From: an uncultured Acidobacteriota bacterium
GTDB lineage: Bacteria > Acidobacteriota > Thermoanaerobaculia > UBA5066 > Gp7-AA6
Length of the DNA: 64,000 nucleotides
Assembly: GCA_963764715.1 (NCBI GenBank)
Contig: CAVXTP010000023.1
Location: 1 to 64,000, forward strand
Direction: 5' to 3'
Part shown: in pieces, positions 28,368-41,969 of the stretch
Layout: each line of letters starts with the position of its first letter
How positions within the stretch are numbered: position 1 is the stretch's first letter
Made by a program: the position numbers and the translations under genes
The notes under the pieces: generated by a model
The model's database searches: none
Told to the model about the DNA's origin: nothing
The model's input: the letters and a program-made list of their open reading frames with translations, nothing else

Positions 28368-31057
28368 GGGCCCTTCCTGAGCTCCTCGGCCCAGTTGAGC
28401 ACGACGACGAGGGGCGTCGGAGCATCGTCTCCTCCCCGGAGGAGGGCGAAGAAACGGCCGTCCGCTGCGACGTCGTAGCGGGAGACCACGTCGAACCCGG
28501 GGTCGAAGGTGGAAAAGAGCGACAGCCGGAAGAGGGGATGGCTGTCGCCGAACGTGAGGTCGTCACCGCTGCGGCCGACGGCGGCGGACCAGAGCTGTCC
28601 GGACTGGATGTAGAAGAGCTCGTTGCCGTTCCGCGCCCACCGCGGTTGCGTGCCTCCCTGGGAGGAGACCCGGAACCGGCGGGTCGGCTCGGGAAACGAG
28701 GCCACGTAGATCTCCTTTCGCCCGGACTCGTCCGAGGCGTAGGCCACCCATCGACCGTCCGGAGAGAAGTCGCCGTTGGTCTCGTCGTCCTTCGAGGCGA
28801 CGAATGTACGGGGCGGCGACGTTCCGCTCGTTTCGACGAACTTGAGATCGCCTCGGGTGCTCGGGTTGAACTCCCGGTAGAGCAGAAAGCGCCCATCCGG
28901 TGAGACGTCGTTGGCCGTCTTGGACGAGTCCGAATGAAGGAAGACCTTCGCCTCGCCGCCGTGAGCGGGAATTTGCCAGAGGTCCCACGGGCCGTCGGGA
29001 AACTCCGAGAAGAAGATTCGCTGCCCGTCGCTCGCGAATATCGGCGAGACCTGGGGAACCGAGTCGCGTGTGAGCCGGAGCCCCCGGCCGACTCCCGTGT
29101 CGTAGAGCCAGAGGTCCGGCGGCAGCGGCGCGGCAAACTCCGTCACCGCGGCCGAGCGCCCGTCGGAGGAGAGCGCCATCTGAAGAAATTGTCCCGGAGG
29201 GCCCACCGTCGAAAGCTCTCGTCCCGACCGATCCAGCCACACCAGCCGCGACGGCGGGACCTCGACCTTAGGCGAGTAGACGAGAAGCGTCTCGCTGACC
29301 GAATAGACGGAAGCTCCGGCCGCCCCGAAGGCCTGGATGTCTCGGACGATTGCGACGGGCTCGCCCGTCACGACCGCCGATTTCGGGTCGAAGGCGACGG
29401 CGAGAAGATCGCTCGCTCGCCGGAAGAGGAGGCGGTCGGGCGGGCCGAAGAGGGCGCTCGTCGCCTCGGCGAGAACCTGCCGCTTTTCCGGGCCGTCCAA
29501 CGACCCAACGAAGACGGCATTCGAAACCTGTCGCGACTTCGGATCGGGAATTCGGATCCCGTAGAGGAACCGTCTTCCGCCCGGGAGGAACTGAGGCCAC
29601 CGATGGGACACTTCGCCGGCGGCGCGATCGAGCCGTGTCACTACGGTGGGCGCCCCTCCGGATGCGTTCACGCGCATCAGGCCCGTGGAATTCTCGGAAG
29701 CGTAGAGGATCGTGCCATCCGCGCCCCAGGTGGCGCCACGCCCTTCGGTGACGTCCGCCAGCACTCTCGCGGGAGGCGGCGAATTCGAGACCTCGACGAC
29801 TTTGAGTTTTCCTTGCGCGAAGAAGCCGATCGAACGGCTGTCGGGGGACCAGAACGGAAAGAGGGCGCCTTCGCCCCCCGGCAAGGGGTACGGCTCGCGG
29901 TCCTTGAACTCTCGAATCCAGAGGCGGGGCGGGCTTTCCGCGTCTCGCGCCCCGAAGGCGAGGCGAAGGCCGTCGGGCGACACGGCGACGCTGCCGATGT
30001 TGGCACCGACGACATGGAAGGTCGTCTTCGCCGGCGGAAGAATGACCGTGATCATCGTGCGGGGCGCGGCCGCGTTTCGATGTCCGCGGGTCAGGCCGAA
30101 CACGGCGAGGGCCAGGCCGGCCGCGGCGACGATCCACGGAAGGGCGGCGGACGGGCCTCGCCGTGTTCCAGGAGCCGGCGTCGCCGCCTCCGGCGCGGAG
30201 CGTTCCTGTCGGATGCCCTCGAGCTGGAGGGCGACGTCGCGGGCGGTCTGCCAGCGCTCCTCCGGCTCCTTCGCGAGGCAGGTCGCGACGACGCGATCGA
30301 GGGCTCGGGGCGAGAGGGGCTGCTCGCGCGAGATGGGCGCCGGCTCGTCGCGCAGGATCGACCCGATGAGCGAAGCCCGCGTCGCGCCCGAGAAGGCCTG
30401 GCGGCCGGTCGTCATCTCGTACAGCACGAGGCCGAGCGCGAAGATGTCCGTGCGTGCGTCCGCCTCCTTGCCCTCGAGCTGTTCGGGGGCCATGTACTGC
30501 ACGGTGCCGAGGACCATGCCCGCTTCGGTCAGCGGCGTCTCCGTCGGCAGGCCCGTCGCCGACACGACCGCATCGGAGGGACCGAGCGCCCTCGCCAGGC
30601 CGAAGTCGAGGACTTTGGCGCCCGAGGACGTCACCATGATGTTGCCGGGCTTCAGGTCGCGATGGACGATCCCCTGTCGATGCGCATTCTCGAGCGCGTC
30701 GCCGATCTCGGCTCCGAGGCGCAGCGACTGGTCGAGCGGCAGCGGTCCCTTCGCAAGGCGGTCCGCGAGCGTCTGCCCCTCGAGGAGCTCCATGACCAGG
30801 TATTCGGTCGAACCTTCCCTCCCGACGTCGTAGAGCGCGCAGATGTGCGGGTGCGAAAGCTGCGAGATCGTCCTCGCCTCGCGCTCGAAGCGCTGGCGCG
30901 CCTGCTCGGAATCCGTCAGCCCGGGCGGCAGGACCTTGACTGCCACCTCGCGGCCGAGGCGCGTGTCCCGCGCCCGGTAAACCTCTCCCATCCCGCCCGC
31001 GCCGAGCGGCGAAAGGATCTCGTACGGGCCGAGGCGGGTACCGGGAGAAAGGCTCAT
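28364..31057 (-). CDS. Ser/Thr kinase - TM - beta-propeller (array kinase K4)
   Basis: MSLSPGTRLGPY; HRDLKPGN, DFGLA and APE; TM LPWIVAAAGLALAVFGL; PFWSPDS and C-terminal LVVVLNW. TAGAAT at 31080-31085. Confidence 0.93.
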   Translation of the reverse strand: MSLSPGTRLGPYEILSPLGAGGMGEVYRARDTRLGREVAVKVLPPGLTDSEQARQRFEREARTISQLSHPHICALYDVGREGSTEYLVMELLEGQTLADRLAKGPLPLDQSLRLGAEIGDALENAHRQGIVHRDLKPGNIMVTSSGAKVLDFGLARALGPSDAVVSATGLPTETPLTEAGMVLGTVQYMAPEQLEGKEADARTDIFALGLVLYEMTTGRQAFSGATRASLIGSILRDEPAPISREQPLSPRALDRVVATCLAKEPEERWQTARDVALQLEGIRQERSAPEAATPAPGTRRGPSAALPWIVAAAGLALAVFGLTRGHRNAAAPRTMITVILPPAKTTFHVVGANIGSVAVSPDGLRLAFGARDAESPPRLWIREFKDREPYPLPGGEGALFPFWSPDSRSIGFFAQGKLKVVEVSNSPPPARVLADVTEGRGATWGADGTILYASENSTGLMRVNASGGAPTVVTRLDRAAGEVSHRWPQFLPGGRRFLYGIRIPDPKSRQVSNAVFVGSLDGPEKRQVLAEATSALFGPPDRLLFRRASDLLAVAFDPKSAVVTGEPVAIVRDIQAFGAAGASVYSVSETLLVYSPKVEVPPSRLVWLDRSGRELSTVGPPGQFLQMALSSDGRSAAVTEFAAPLPPDLWLYDTGVGRGLRLTRDSVPQVSPIFASDGQRIFFSEFPDGPWDLWQIPAHGGEAKVFLHSDSSKTANDVSPDGRFLLYREFNPSTRGDLKFVETSGTSPPRTFVASKDDETNGDFSPDGRWVAYASDESGRKEIYVASFPEPTRRFRVSSQGGTQPRWARNGNELFYIQSGQLWSAAVGRSGDDLTFGDSHPLFRLSLFSTFDPGFDVVSRYDVAADGRFFALLRGGDDAPTPLVVVLNWAEELRKGP

Positions 31058-31093
31058 GGCCCTCCGGGGAATGGCCCGGATTCTATCGCCCGG

Positions 31094-32503
31094 TCAGAGG
31101 GGCGGCCCGGGTTCCGGGCGCCGGCGGCGACGCTCGGCGATGGCGTAAAGGACGAAGCCGGCGACGACGAAGCCGAAGGAGCCGACGGCAACCTGCAGGA
31201 AGAACCCGGCACGGTCCTTCGTATCCGCCGGAGGGATCAGCGCGAGGACGATCGCGACCGACGTCGTCACGAATCCGAGGCTGTTCCAGAACCAGCTGCC
31301 GGCGGCTCCGCCGGGCACCGGAACCGCGCCGTCCTGGCGAAGGACGTCGAGACGGAGCTTGATCGCGGCGGCGAACATGTAGAGGTACGGGAGGAAGTAG
31401 ACGATCAGCGTCGCGTTGACGAGCTTGAGATACGCGTTCTTGACGGTCTCGCCCTGCGTCGCGGCGAGTATGAAGACCGCGGAGAGCCCGGCCTGGAAGA
31501 GCAGAGCGAACCAGGGGGTCTTCCACTTCGGGTGCGTGCGGCCGAAGATCGGCGGCAGGTAACGGTCGAGGCCGCCGACGAAGAGGATGCGCGCCGAGCC
31601 CACGAGCCAGGCGCCAACGCCGCCGAGGCCCGCGAGCGTCATCAAGATCGCGATCGGCGGCCCGAGCCAGGGAAGCCCGATCCGGGCCCCGGCCTTCGTC
31701 ACCGCCTGGTTGACGCCCGAGATGATCGAGGTCTCGGCGGGGGGGAGGGCCCAGAGGAGCGAGATCGTGCCGAGCAGGTAGCAGGCCGCGATCGTCAGGC
31801 CCGAGATCACCACGGCCCGGGGGAACGTCCGGCGAGGTTCCACGACCTCGCCGGCCATCACGGGCGCGAGCTCGAGCCCCGCGAATCCGAAGCAGAGATT
31901 GGCGAAGAACAGAATCGTCGGCAACGCTCCGAAGTCCGGGATGAGCGAGACCGCGGGCATGGGCGTCGCCGAGCCGAAGCGCGCGAGCGCCACGAGACCG
32001 ACGAGCAAAAGAGCGGCCGACGGAATCCATTGCGCGATGCCGCCGATGTTCTGCACCCAGCGGCCCGACTTCATTCCGATGATGTTGAAGAAGAGGGCGA
32101 TCAGAAGCAGCGCGAGCGCCGCACCCGCCGTGTACGTGCGGCTCTGTTCCAGATGCGCGAATCGGAGGCCGAACACGTACAGGGCGAAGACGACGGTCGA
32201 AAGCGTCAGCGTCGGAAAGTAGAGGATGTTGTTGGCCCAGTAGAGCCAGCCCGCCATGAAACCGTGACGCTCCCCGAAGGCCCGCCTCGTCCAGACGTAG
32301 AGGCCGCCCTCTTCCGGGATCGCGGAAGCGAGGGCCGTGACGGCGAACCCCTGCGGGATGAAGAACGCGACGCCGGCGAGGACCCAGAGGAAGAGCGAGG
32401 ACGGGCCGTTCGCCGCCGCGAGCGCAATCCAGCGCATGCCGACGATCGCGGCGACGTTGAAGAGGACGATGTCCTTCGTCTTGAGGGCGCGTTCGAGCGC
32501 CAT
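31094..32503 (-). CDS. APC family amino acid/polyamine permease
   Basis: About 12 TMs; EEGGLYVW, GFAGLE, AGEVVEPRRTFPRA and HPKWKTP. Confidence 0.92.
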   Translation of the reverse strand: MALERALKTKDIVLFNVAAIVGMRWIALAAANGPSSLFLWVLAGVAFFIPQGFAVTALASAIPEEGGLYVWTRRAFGERHGFMAGWLYWANNILYFPTLTLSTVVFALYVFGLRFAHLEQSRTYTAGAALALLLIALFFNIIGMKSGRWVQNIGGIAQWIPSAALLLVGLVALARFGSATPMPAVSLIPDFGALPTILFFANLCFGFAGLELAPVMAGEVVEPRRTFPRAVVISGLTIAACYLLGTISLLWALPPAETSIISGVNQAVTKAGARIGLPWLGPPIAILMTLAGLGGVGAWLVGSARILFVGGLDRYLPPIFGRTHPKWKTPWFALLFQAGLSAVFILAATQGETVKNAYLKLVNATLIVYFLPYLYMFAAAIKLRLDVLRQDGAVPVPGGAAGSWFWNSLGFVTTSVAIVLALIPPADTKDRAGFFLQVAVGSFGFVVAGFVLYAIAERRRRRPEPGPPL

Positions 32504-32512
32504 GCCTCTCCT

Positions 32513-35071
32513 CTACTTCCAGCCCCGGACGAGATAGAGGTCCGAGGCCGTCACACGGTTGTGCGAGTACGCCCAGGATCGTCCGTCGGGCGTTACGCAC
32601 ACGGTTTCGATCCGAACGACGCCCGCGCGGTCGGCCGGCACGAGCTCCTTCCAGGGTTCCTTCTTTCCCGTCGCCAGGATCAAACGCGTGATCGGCAGGG
32701 GCATCTCGCCGAACCGGGCGACGAAGAGCGACGCGCCGTCCGCGCTCCACTGGATCACGTCGTCGCCCGGCTCGAGGCCCGCGATCGGCCGCCGCTCTCC
32801 GCCGTCGACGGGATAGATCCAGCCGTGGCCGCCCGGAGCGGAAACGGCGACGAGCTTGCCGTCGGGCGAGAACGCGACCCCGGAAAAGCCTGACGACGTG
32901 AGCAGGCGGGGAGCTCCGCCCGCGAGGTCGAGGACGTACCCGAGCGCATCCTTCTCCGGCTCGTTCGCTGAAAGAAAAAGCCGCTTTCCGTCGAGGGGCA
33001 GAAAGCTGGCCCACCGAATGCGCAGCTTTCCGGCCGAGATCGGCCGCGGATCCCCGGCCGCCGTCGGCAGCAGGACGAAGCGGGACTCGGGGCCGCGGCC
33101 CAGACGCGTCAGTGCCCACTTTCCGTCGGGTGAGAGGTCGACGGCTTCACCGTCCCCCAGACGGGCGGCCGGTGCTCCGTCCGTCGAACGCAGGTAAACG
33201 GAACCCTCCGGTCCGCCTCCCTCGCCCTGCTCGGAGAAGAGCATCATCTGACCATCGGGTGAGAGGGAGGTGAGCTGGCTCTGGTCGAGCCAGGACAGGT
33301 CCCGGGGGGCAGTGCCCGCCGAGGCGAAGATGACCTCGCGCGTATTGATCTCCCGCTCCACCAGCACGCTTCCGTCCTTCGCGATGTCGTGGAGGACTTC
33401 GAGATCGGCGGTCGGCGCGATGGTCCGGATGCGGCCGTCGAGATCAGCCGCGAAGATGCCCGTGCCCGTCTCGGGACGAATCGCCGTGAACCACACCTCG
33501 CGTCCCGATGGATGCCAGGCCAGGCTGTCGACGTAAATGAAATCCTTCGCGATCGTCCGGTGCTTGCCGGCCGTGTCGATCAACACGACCAGACCTTTTT
33601 CGATCATCGCGACGTTACGCCCGTCCGGCGAAACGCGCGGGAAACCCCCATCGACGGCGGACAGGCGTTTTCCGATCGGATATTCGAGCACGCCCTTGCC
33701 ATCGACATCCCTCAACACGGCGAGGCTCGCGCCGTCGGGCGCCCAGTCGGCGTTGAGGACGTTCTCCAGGATCTGGCGCGGCGTGCCGCCCGCCAGCGGG
33801 ACGCGGGCGAGCGTACCGGTTCCGACGACGCCGAAGAGGTTGCTCTTCTTCAGGAGAATCGCGAGCTCGCCGGTCGGGGAGACCGAAAGGAGATTCGCGC
33901 CCGGAATCCCGAGGGAGCGCGTCTCCGGGCTGCCGATGCGCGTGAGGTAGATCTCCGCAGGGCGGTCTCCCCAGGAGGCGCTGTAGACCACGTTCTGAGC
34001 GTCGGCGGTCAGACGCGCGTAGAGGACGTTGCCCCGCCGGAAGGTGACCCGCTGGTGGACTGGTGTCGAGGCCTGTCTGGCCGAGGCCGCGGGGCGCCGA
34101 CCAATCCAGAAGCCCAGGAGCACGAGGGCCGCCGCGGCCGCGGCAACCCCCAGAACGATCCCCCCACGGGAGCCCCGACGGGTGGCACCGACGGGCGCCA
34201 TGCCGGAAACTGCGGAGGTTCCGGAAAGCGCCTCGAGATCGAACGCAAGATCGTGCGCCGAGTGAAAGCGCTGCTCCGGATTTTTCTCGAGGCAGTGGCG
34301 GACGATCCGCTCGAGGCCGGGCGAGATGTTCTGGTTGGTGACCGAGAGCTCCGGCGGATCCTCCCGGAGGATCGCCGACATGGTGTCCGCCGCCGAGTCG
34401 CCGTGGAAGGCGCGGCGGCCCGAAAGCATCTCGTAGAGGATCGCGCCGAAGGAGAAGATGTCGGAGCGGGCGTCGGCGGGCCGGCCCCGCACCTGCTCGG
34501 GCGACATGTAGCCGAGCGTGCCCATGACGACGCCGGGCTCGGTCCCCGCCGTCGCGGTCGGGAGCCCCGTGACCTGGGAGCCTTCTTCCTGGTGCGTGAG
34601 CTTGGCGAGACCGAAGTCGAGGATCTTGAGACGTCCGTCCTTCGTGACGAAGAGATTTTCGGGCTTGAGGTCCCGATGGACGATGCCCTTCTCGTGCGCG
34701 GCGGCGAGGCCGTGCGCGATCTGGAGCGAGTAGTCGACGGCCTTGCGGGGCGAGAGCTTGCTTCCGGCGAGCACCGACCGCAGGGATTCGCCCTCGAGCA
34801 GCTCCTGGACGACGTAGGGAGCGCCGTCGGCGGAGCCGATGTCGTAGACCGCCGTGATGTTGGGATGATTCAGGACCCCCGCAGCCCTGGCCTCCTGCTC
34901 GAAGCGGCGCAGGCGGTCGGGGTCGGCGGAGAACGAAGCGGGCAGAATCTTGACCGCCACCTCGCGCCCGAGGCGCGGATCGCGGGCCCGGTACACCTCG
35001 CCCATCCCTCCCGCGCCGATCGGGCCGAGGATCTCGTAAGGCCCGAGCTTCGAGCCGACGGCGAGGGTCAC
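32513..35071 (-). CDS. Ser/Thr kinase - TM - beta-propeller (array kinase K3)
   Basis: GTG 35071 ([12 protein letters not shown]) overlaps the K2 stop; HRDLKPEN and DFGLA; TM GIVLGVAAAAAALVLLGFWIG; RVTFRRG-type propeller. Confidence 0.92.
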   Translation of the reverse strand: MTLAVGSKLGPYEILGPIGAGGMGEVYRARDPRLGREVAVKILPASFSADPDRLRRFEQEARAAGVLNHPNITAVYDIGSADGAPYVVQELLEGESLRSVLAGSKLSPRKAVDYSLQIAHGLAAAHEKGIVHRDLKPENLFVTKDGRLKILDFGLAKLTHQEEGSQVTGLPTATAGTEPGVVMGTLGYMSPEQVRGRPADARSDIFSFGAILYEMLSGRRAFHGDSAADTMSAILREDPPELSVTNQNISPGLERIVRHCLEKNPEQRFHSAHDLAFDLEALSGTSAVSGMAPVGATRRGSRGGIVLGVAAAAAALVLLGFWIGRRPAASARQASTPVHQRVTFRRGNVLYARLTADAQNVVYSASWGDRPAEIYLTRIGSPETRSLGIPGANLLSVSPTGELAILLKKSNLFGVVGTGTLARVPLAGGTPRQILENVLNADWAPDGASLAVLRDVDGKGVLEYPIGKRLSAVDGGFPRVSPDGRNVAMIEKGLVVLIDTAGKHRTIAKDFIYVDSLAWHPSGREVWFTAIRPETGTGIFAADLDGRIRTIAPTADLEVLHDIAKDGSVLVEREINTREVIFASAGTAPRDLSWLDQSQLTSLSPDGQMMLFSEQGEGGGPEGSVYLRSTDGAPAARLGDGEAVDLSPDGKWALTRLGRGPESRFVLLPTAAGDPRPISAGKLRIRWASFLPLDGKRLFLSANEPEKDALGYVLDLAGGAPRLLTSSGFSGVAFSPDGKLVAVSAPGGHGWIYPVDGGERRPIAGLEPGDDVIQWSADGASLFVARFGEMPLPITRLILATGKKEPWKELVPADRAGVVRIETVCVTPDGRSWAYSHNRVTASDLYLVRGWK

Positions 35072-37733
35072 TTGGTCGCGTCCGGCAGCGTCATCTGCCA
35101 GATGTCGGCGTTGTCGCTCGTGCGCACGACGTAACAGGTGCCGGCCCCCCGGACGCACGCGACGTCCTGGAAGGCGCCGTTCGCGGGCCGCTCGAGGACG
35201 ACGCGGGTCTCTCCCGACTCGAGGTCGGTGACCACCAGATCGCGGTCCACGGTGAGAAGGAAGTGCGTTCCGAGAAACGCGCCGCGGCGGACCCGGCCGA
35301 TCGACTCCGTTCCGCGAACGGGGCGGACGACCGCGCCCGGTCCCGGCGAATAGACGGCCAAAGACTGGCTGACGAGGTCCGGGAGCCGGATCACGGAGCC
35401 GGCCAGCGTCTTGCCGTCGGGCGACCAGGCGAGGGGGTCGAAGAAGGTGCCGGGAGCGGGCGGCGGAATGACCTCGATGCGGGGAGCGGCGCCCGAGTCG
35501 TCCAAACGGATGATCGAGCCGCTGTGGCCGCTGTTGGTCGAAATGGCCCGCCCGTCGGGCGACCACGCGGCCTCGATGATCAGATCGGTCGCCTGCGTGA
35601 GCGGCTTCAAGGCGCTGCCGTCGCGCCCGACGGTCCAGATCTGGTATCGGTCCCCGCGATCGGAATGAAACGCGATGCGCTTGCCGTCGGGGGAAAAGCT
35701 CGGGCCGCGGTCCTTCGGGACGTCGTCGGTGATCTGCCGGAGATTCTTGCCGTTGCTGTCGACGAGGAAGAGGTCGTCCTGGGCGGCGCCGCGGGAGTCG
35801 AAGGAGATGACGCTGCCGTCGGGCGAGACGTCGATGTCCGCCATCTCCTGCGATCCGCCGAGGATCTGCTCGGGCTTGCCCGCGAGCTTTCCGGAGGCGG
35901 CGTCGAACACGAGGCGGTCGATCGAATAGGTGTTCTCCCGGACGACGTAGGCGGCTCGCCGCCCGTCGCGCGAGAGCGCGAAGCCGCCCACCTCGCGCGC
36001 CGGAAGGACCTGCGCCTCGGGCGGCCCGAGCGGTCGGCCCGTCGCCTCGTCGATCGGAACCTTCCAGAGGTTCATCGAGCCGCTGCGATTCGAGAGGAAG
36101 TAGAGTGTTTTTCCGTCCGGTCCCCAGACCGGATACCAGTCGATCGCCGCGTCCTGCGTCACGGGGACCGGCTTCTCTCCGGCCGCGAGGCCCTTGGACG
36201 GCATCGTCCAGATGTCGCGCTGGCTGCCGCCGGCCGGGAGGCCCCAGTAAGCGATGCGAAGCCCGTGGGGCGAGACGTCCGGCTGGATGGCGTCGACGTC
36301 CCCGGAGAGCTTCCGCGTCTTTCCGCTGGCGACGTCGATCGACCAGAGCTCGCTCGTCCCCGTGCGGCCGTACGGCCCGACGACGAGCTCCGTCGCGTAG
36401 ACGATCTCCTTGCCGTCGGGCGACCACGCGGGGCTCGAACCGACGCTCGTCAGACGCCGCGCGCTCTCGCCGGTGGCGCCCATGACGAAGAGCCCTCCCT
36501 CGCCGCACTGCCCCCCGTACGCGATGAGGTTCCCGTCGGGGGAGAAGGCCGGCGTGTAACTGTCGCGGTCGCAATCCGGGGTCAGGTCGATCGGATTCCG
36601 GCCGCCGGCCCGCTGGACCCAGATGTCGGTCTTGGCGCCGGCGCGGTGGACGAAGGCGACCGTCTGGCCGTCCGGCGAGAGGGTCGGCGAGGTCTCGGTT
36701 CCGGAGAGGTTCGTGAGCCTTCGGAACGTGGCGCCGGCGAGCGCCCCGGTTCCGGGAGCCGGCTTCGTCCCGCGCAGCGCGAGGTACGCGGCCGCCGCCC
36801 CCGCGAGCGCCCCGAGCACGACGAGAACCGCCGGCATGAGCTTGAGCCGCCGCCGGGCCGGAGCGACGACGGCCTGCCCGGTCGTGCCGGAGAGCGCGGC
36901 CAGGTCGAATCCGAGATCGTGCGCGGAGTGGAACCTCTGCTCCGGATTTTTCTCCAGGCAGTGCCGCACGATCCGCTCGAGGCCCGGCGAGATGCTCTGA
37001 TTGGTGACCGAGAGGTCCGGCGGGTCCTCCTTGAGGATCGCCGCCATCGTCTCGCCGGCGGAGTCGGCGTGGAACGCGCGCTTGCCCGAGAGCATTTCGT
37101 ACAGGATCGCCCCGAAGGAGAAGATGTCGGAGCGCGCGTCGGCCGGCTTGCCTTTGACCTGTTCGGGCGACATGTAGCCGAGCGTTCCCATGACGACGCC
37201 GGGCTCGGTGCCCGCGGCCGTGGGGAGATTTGTCTGGGGGCCCGATCCCTCGCCGACCTGCGTCAGCTTCGCGAGGCCGAAGTCGAGGATCTTGACGCGG
37301 CCGTCCTTCGTGACGAAGAGGTTCTCGGGCTTCAGGTCCCGGTGGACGATGCCCTTCTCGTGCGCCGCCGCGAGCCCGTGGGCGATCTGAATCGCGTAGT
37401 CGATCGCCTTTCGCTGCGCGACGCGGCCGCCGGCGAGCACGGCCCGCAGCGTCTCTCCCTCGAGGAGCTCCTGGACGACGTACGGCGCGCCGTCGACCTC
37501 CCCGATGTCGTAGACGGCGGTGATGTTGGGGTGGTTCAGGACGCCGGCGGCCTTGGCCTCCTGCTCGAACCGGCGCAGCCGGTCGGCGTCGGCGGAGAAC
37601 GACGCCGGCAGCACCTTGATCGCGACTTCGCGCGAGAGGCGGGGGTCCTTCGCGCGATAGACCTCTCCCATTCCCCCGGCGCCGATCTGGCCGAGGATCT
37701 CGTAAGGACCGAGCTTCGAACCGGCGGCGAGAG

Positions 37734-37737
<4 letters not shown>
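35068..37737 (-). CDS. Ser/Thr kinase - TM - PD40 beta-propeller (array kinase K2)
   Basis: GTG 37737 ([12 protein letters not shown]) overlaps the K1 stop at 37734; this is the C-terminal half of track ORF 35068..40296. [24 protein letters not shown]. Confidence 0.9.
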
Positions 37738-40296
<2,559 letters not shown>

Positions 40297-40340
40297 CTCA
40301 GACCATCCCCTCGTCCTCTCGCTTCACGGCACTCTCCCTA

Positions 40341-40497
40341 CCGCTCGCGGCGCGAATAGTCTCCCGAGCGGAGCGAGGGAGGAGGTTCGCGCCGCGGGAG
40401 CGAAGCGCAGCGAGGGGGCCAGGCTTGCGGTCGAGCCCACAGGCGAGCCGCAAGCCGGTGCGCCCGCAGGGCGCAGACCCCCGAGCAAGCGAAGCGA
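40341..40497. repeat. Multi-hairpin palindromic element (REP/MITE-like) in the leader of the kinase array
   Basis: Stems at 40346-56/40386-96, 40422-30/40448-56, 40459-65/40469-75 and G5/C5; GCGAAGCG at 40400 and 40489, GCGGAGCG at 40368. Confidence 0.6.
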
Positions 40498-40561
40498 CGG
40501 GAACCGGCGGAGAGAGACATCGGAATTGCGAGGATTCTATCCGGCCCGTCCCGTTGACTCC

Positions 40562-41920
40562 CTAATTTCGCTTCGCGCCGGTCGCGCGCTCGATCTCGTC
40601 GGCCGAGTAGGGGAGCCCCGGCGTCAGGACCTCGTGACCGTCCTTCGTGACGAGGACCATGTCTTCGAGGTAGAAGCCCTGGCCCTCGACCGAGAAAATC
40701 GGCTCGAAGGCGAGGACCATCCCGGCGCGCAAGGTGTCCGGCATGCCCTCGGCGGCCTCGAGGCCGACGCCGTGCGCCTCCCAGTACTTGAGACCATCGG
40801 GCGCGAGGAGGACCTCGGCGGCCGTTCGCCCGAGCGCCGTCGAGAGCGAGGGCTGGCGGCGCCGGATCTCGGCGAGGCTCGCGGCGAACACGTCGTCGCG
40901 CCGCGCTCCGTCCCGGAACTTCGAGAGGCCCGCGCGATAGGCGCCGATCAGGAGCTCCCAGGTCTCGCGCTGGCCCGCGTCGAAGCGGCCCGAGACCGGA
41001 ACGGTGCGCCCGACGTCGCCGCGGTAGTGGTCGACGTCGCAGCCGACGTCGACCCGGACGACCTCGCCGGACTGCATCCGGCGGTTCAGGTGCCGGTAGT
41101 CGGCGAGCGACTCGAAGGGCGCCGGGAAGGCGCTCGTCGGGCCCGCCATCGTCCACGGCCAGAAGGACGGCCCCTCCGCGCCGGCGTCGATGCAGGCCGA
41201 GATGACGGCGGCCTCGGCCTCGCGCTGGGGCCGTCCCGGGCGCACGGCCGACATGCCGGCGCGCAGGGCCTGCGCGCTCGCCGACCCGACGCGGCGCAGG
41301 ACCTCGATCTCCGCCGGCGACTTGATCGAACGCATGTCCAGGAGGACCGCGTCGGCCGGCTTGAGACGCCCCGCGGGCCAGAGCTCCGCGATCGCGTGGT
41401 TCCAGGCCGCCTGCGGATCGTCGAGGGCGATGTCGAGGGGAAAGCCGTGGGGATCGACGGCCCCGACGGTGTAGAGGAAGACGCCCGTCGCCTCCTGGCG
41501 GCGCGTGAGGAAGGCCGACAGTCCCTTCCGACTGACCACGTGGTCGAGGCCGAACGCCTTCTCCGACGCGGCGCCCGAGGCGATGAGCGGCGTCTTGAGG
41601 TGGCGTGCGATGCCGGAGAGCTTCTCGGGCACGAACAGCCACGTCTCCTTCGCGGCCCCGTCGATGGCGAGGACCGCGCCGGCGGCGCTCGAGAGTCCGG
41701 TGAAGTAGAGGAAGTTCGGGTCCTGCAGGTAGCCGTACTGGACGAAATCGGCCTCTCGGGGAGTGGCGGAGGCAAGCAGCAGCACGCCGTCCGGCATCCG
41801 CCGCATGGCCTCGGCTCGCCGGGCCGCGAACTCGGAGGGCGCGAGCTCGGCTCCGGCAGCCGGGGAGGCGAGCGCCAGGCTCGCCGCCGCCGCAAGCAGG
41901 TATGAAACGTGCACTCTCAT
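40562..41920 (-). CDS. Secreted Xaa-Pro aminopeptidase (M24B)
   Basis: Signal peptide; QDPNFLYFTG; metal ligands in DVGCD...GDVGRT, HGVG, FEP and LED. Confidence 0.88.
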   Translation of the reverse strand: MRVHVSYLLAAAASLALASPAAGAELAPSEFAARRAEAMRRMPDGVLLLASATPREADFVQYGYLQDPNFLYFTGLSSAAGAVLAIDGAAKETWLFVPEKLSGIARHLKTPLIASGAASEKAFGLDHVVSRKGLSAFLTRRQEATGVFLYTVGAVDPHGFPLDIALDDPQAAWNHAIAELWPAGRLKPADAVLLDMRSIKSPAEIEVLRRVGSASAQALRAGMSAVRPGRPQREAEAAVISACIDAGAEGPSFWPWTMAGPTSAFPAPFESLADYRHLNRRMQSGEVVRVDVGCDVDHYRGDVGRTVPVSGRFDAGQRETWELLIGAYRAGLSKFRDGARRDDVFAASLAEIRRRQPSLSTALGRTAAEVLLAPDGLKYWEAHGVGLEAAEGMPDTLRAGMVLAFEPIFSVEGQGFYLEDMVLVTKDGHEVLTPGLPYSADEIERATGAKRN

Positions 41921-41969
41921 CGGCCGACCTCCTGGAGGAGGAGATAATCCCACGTCACGAGGTGAGCTC

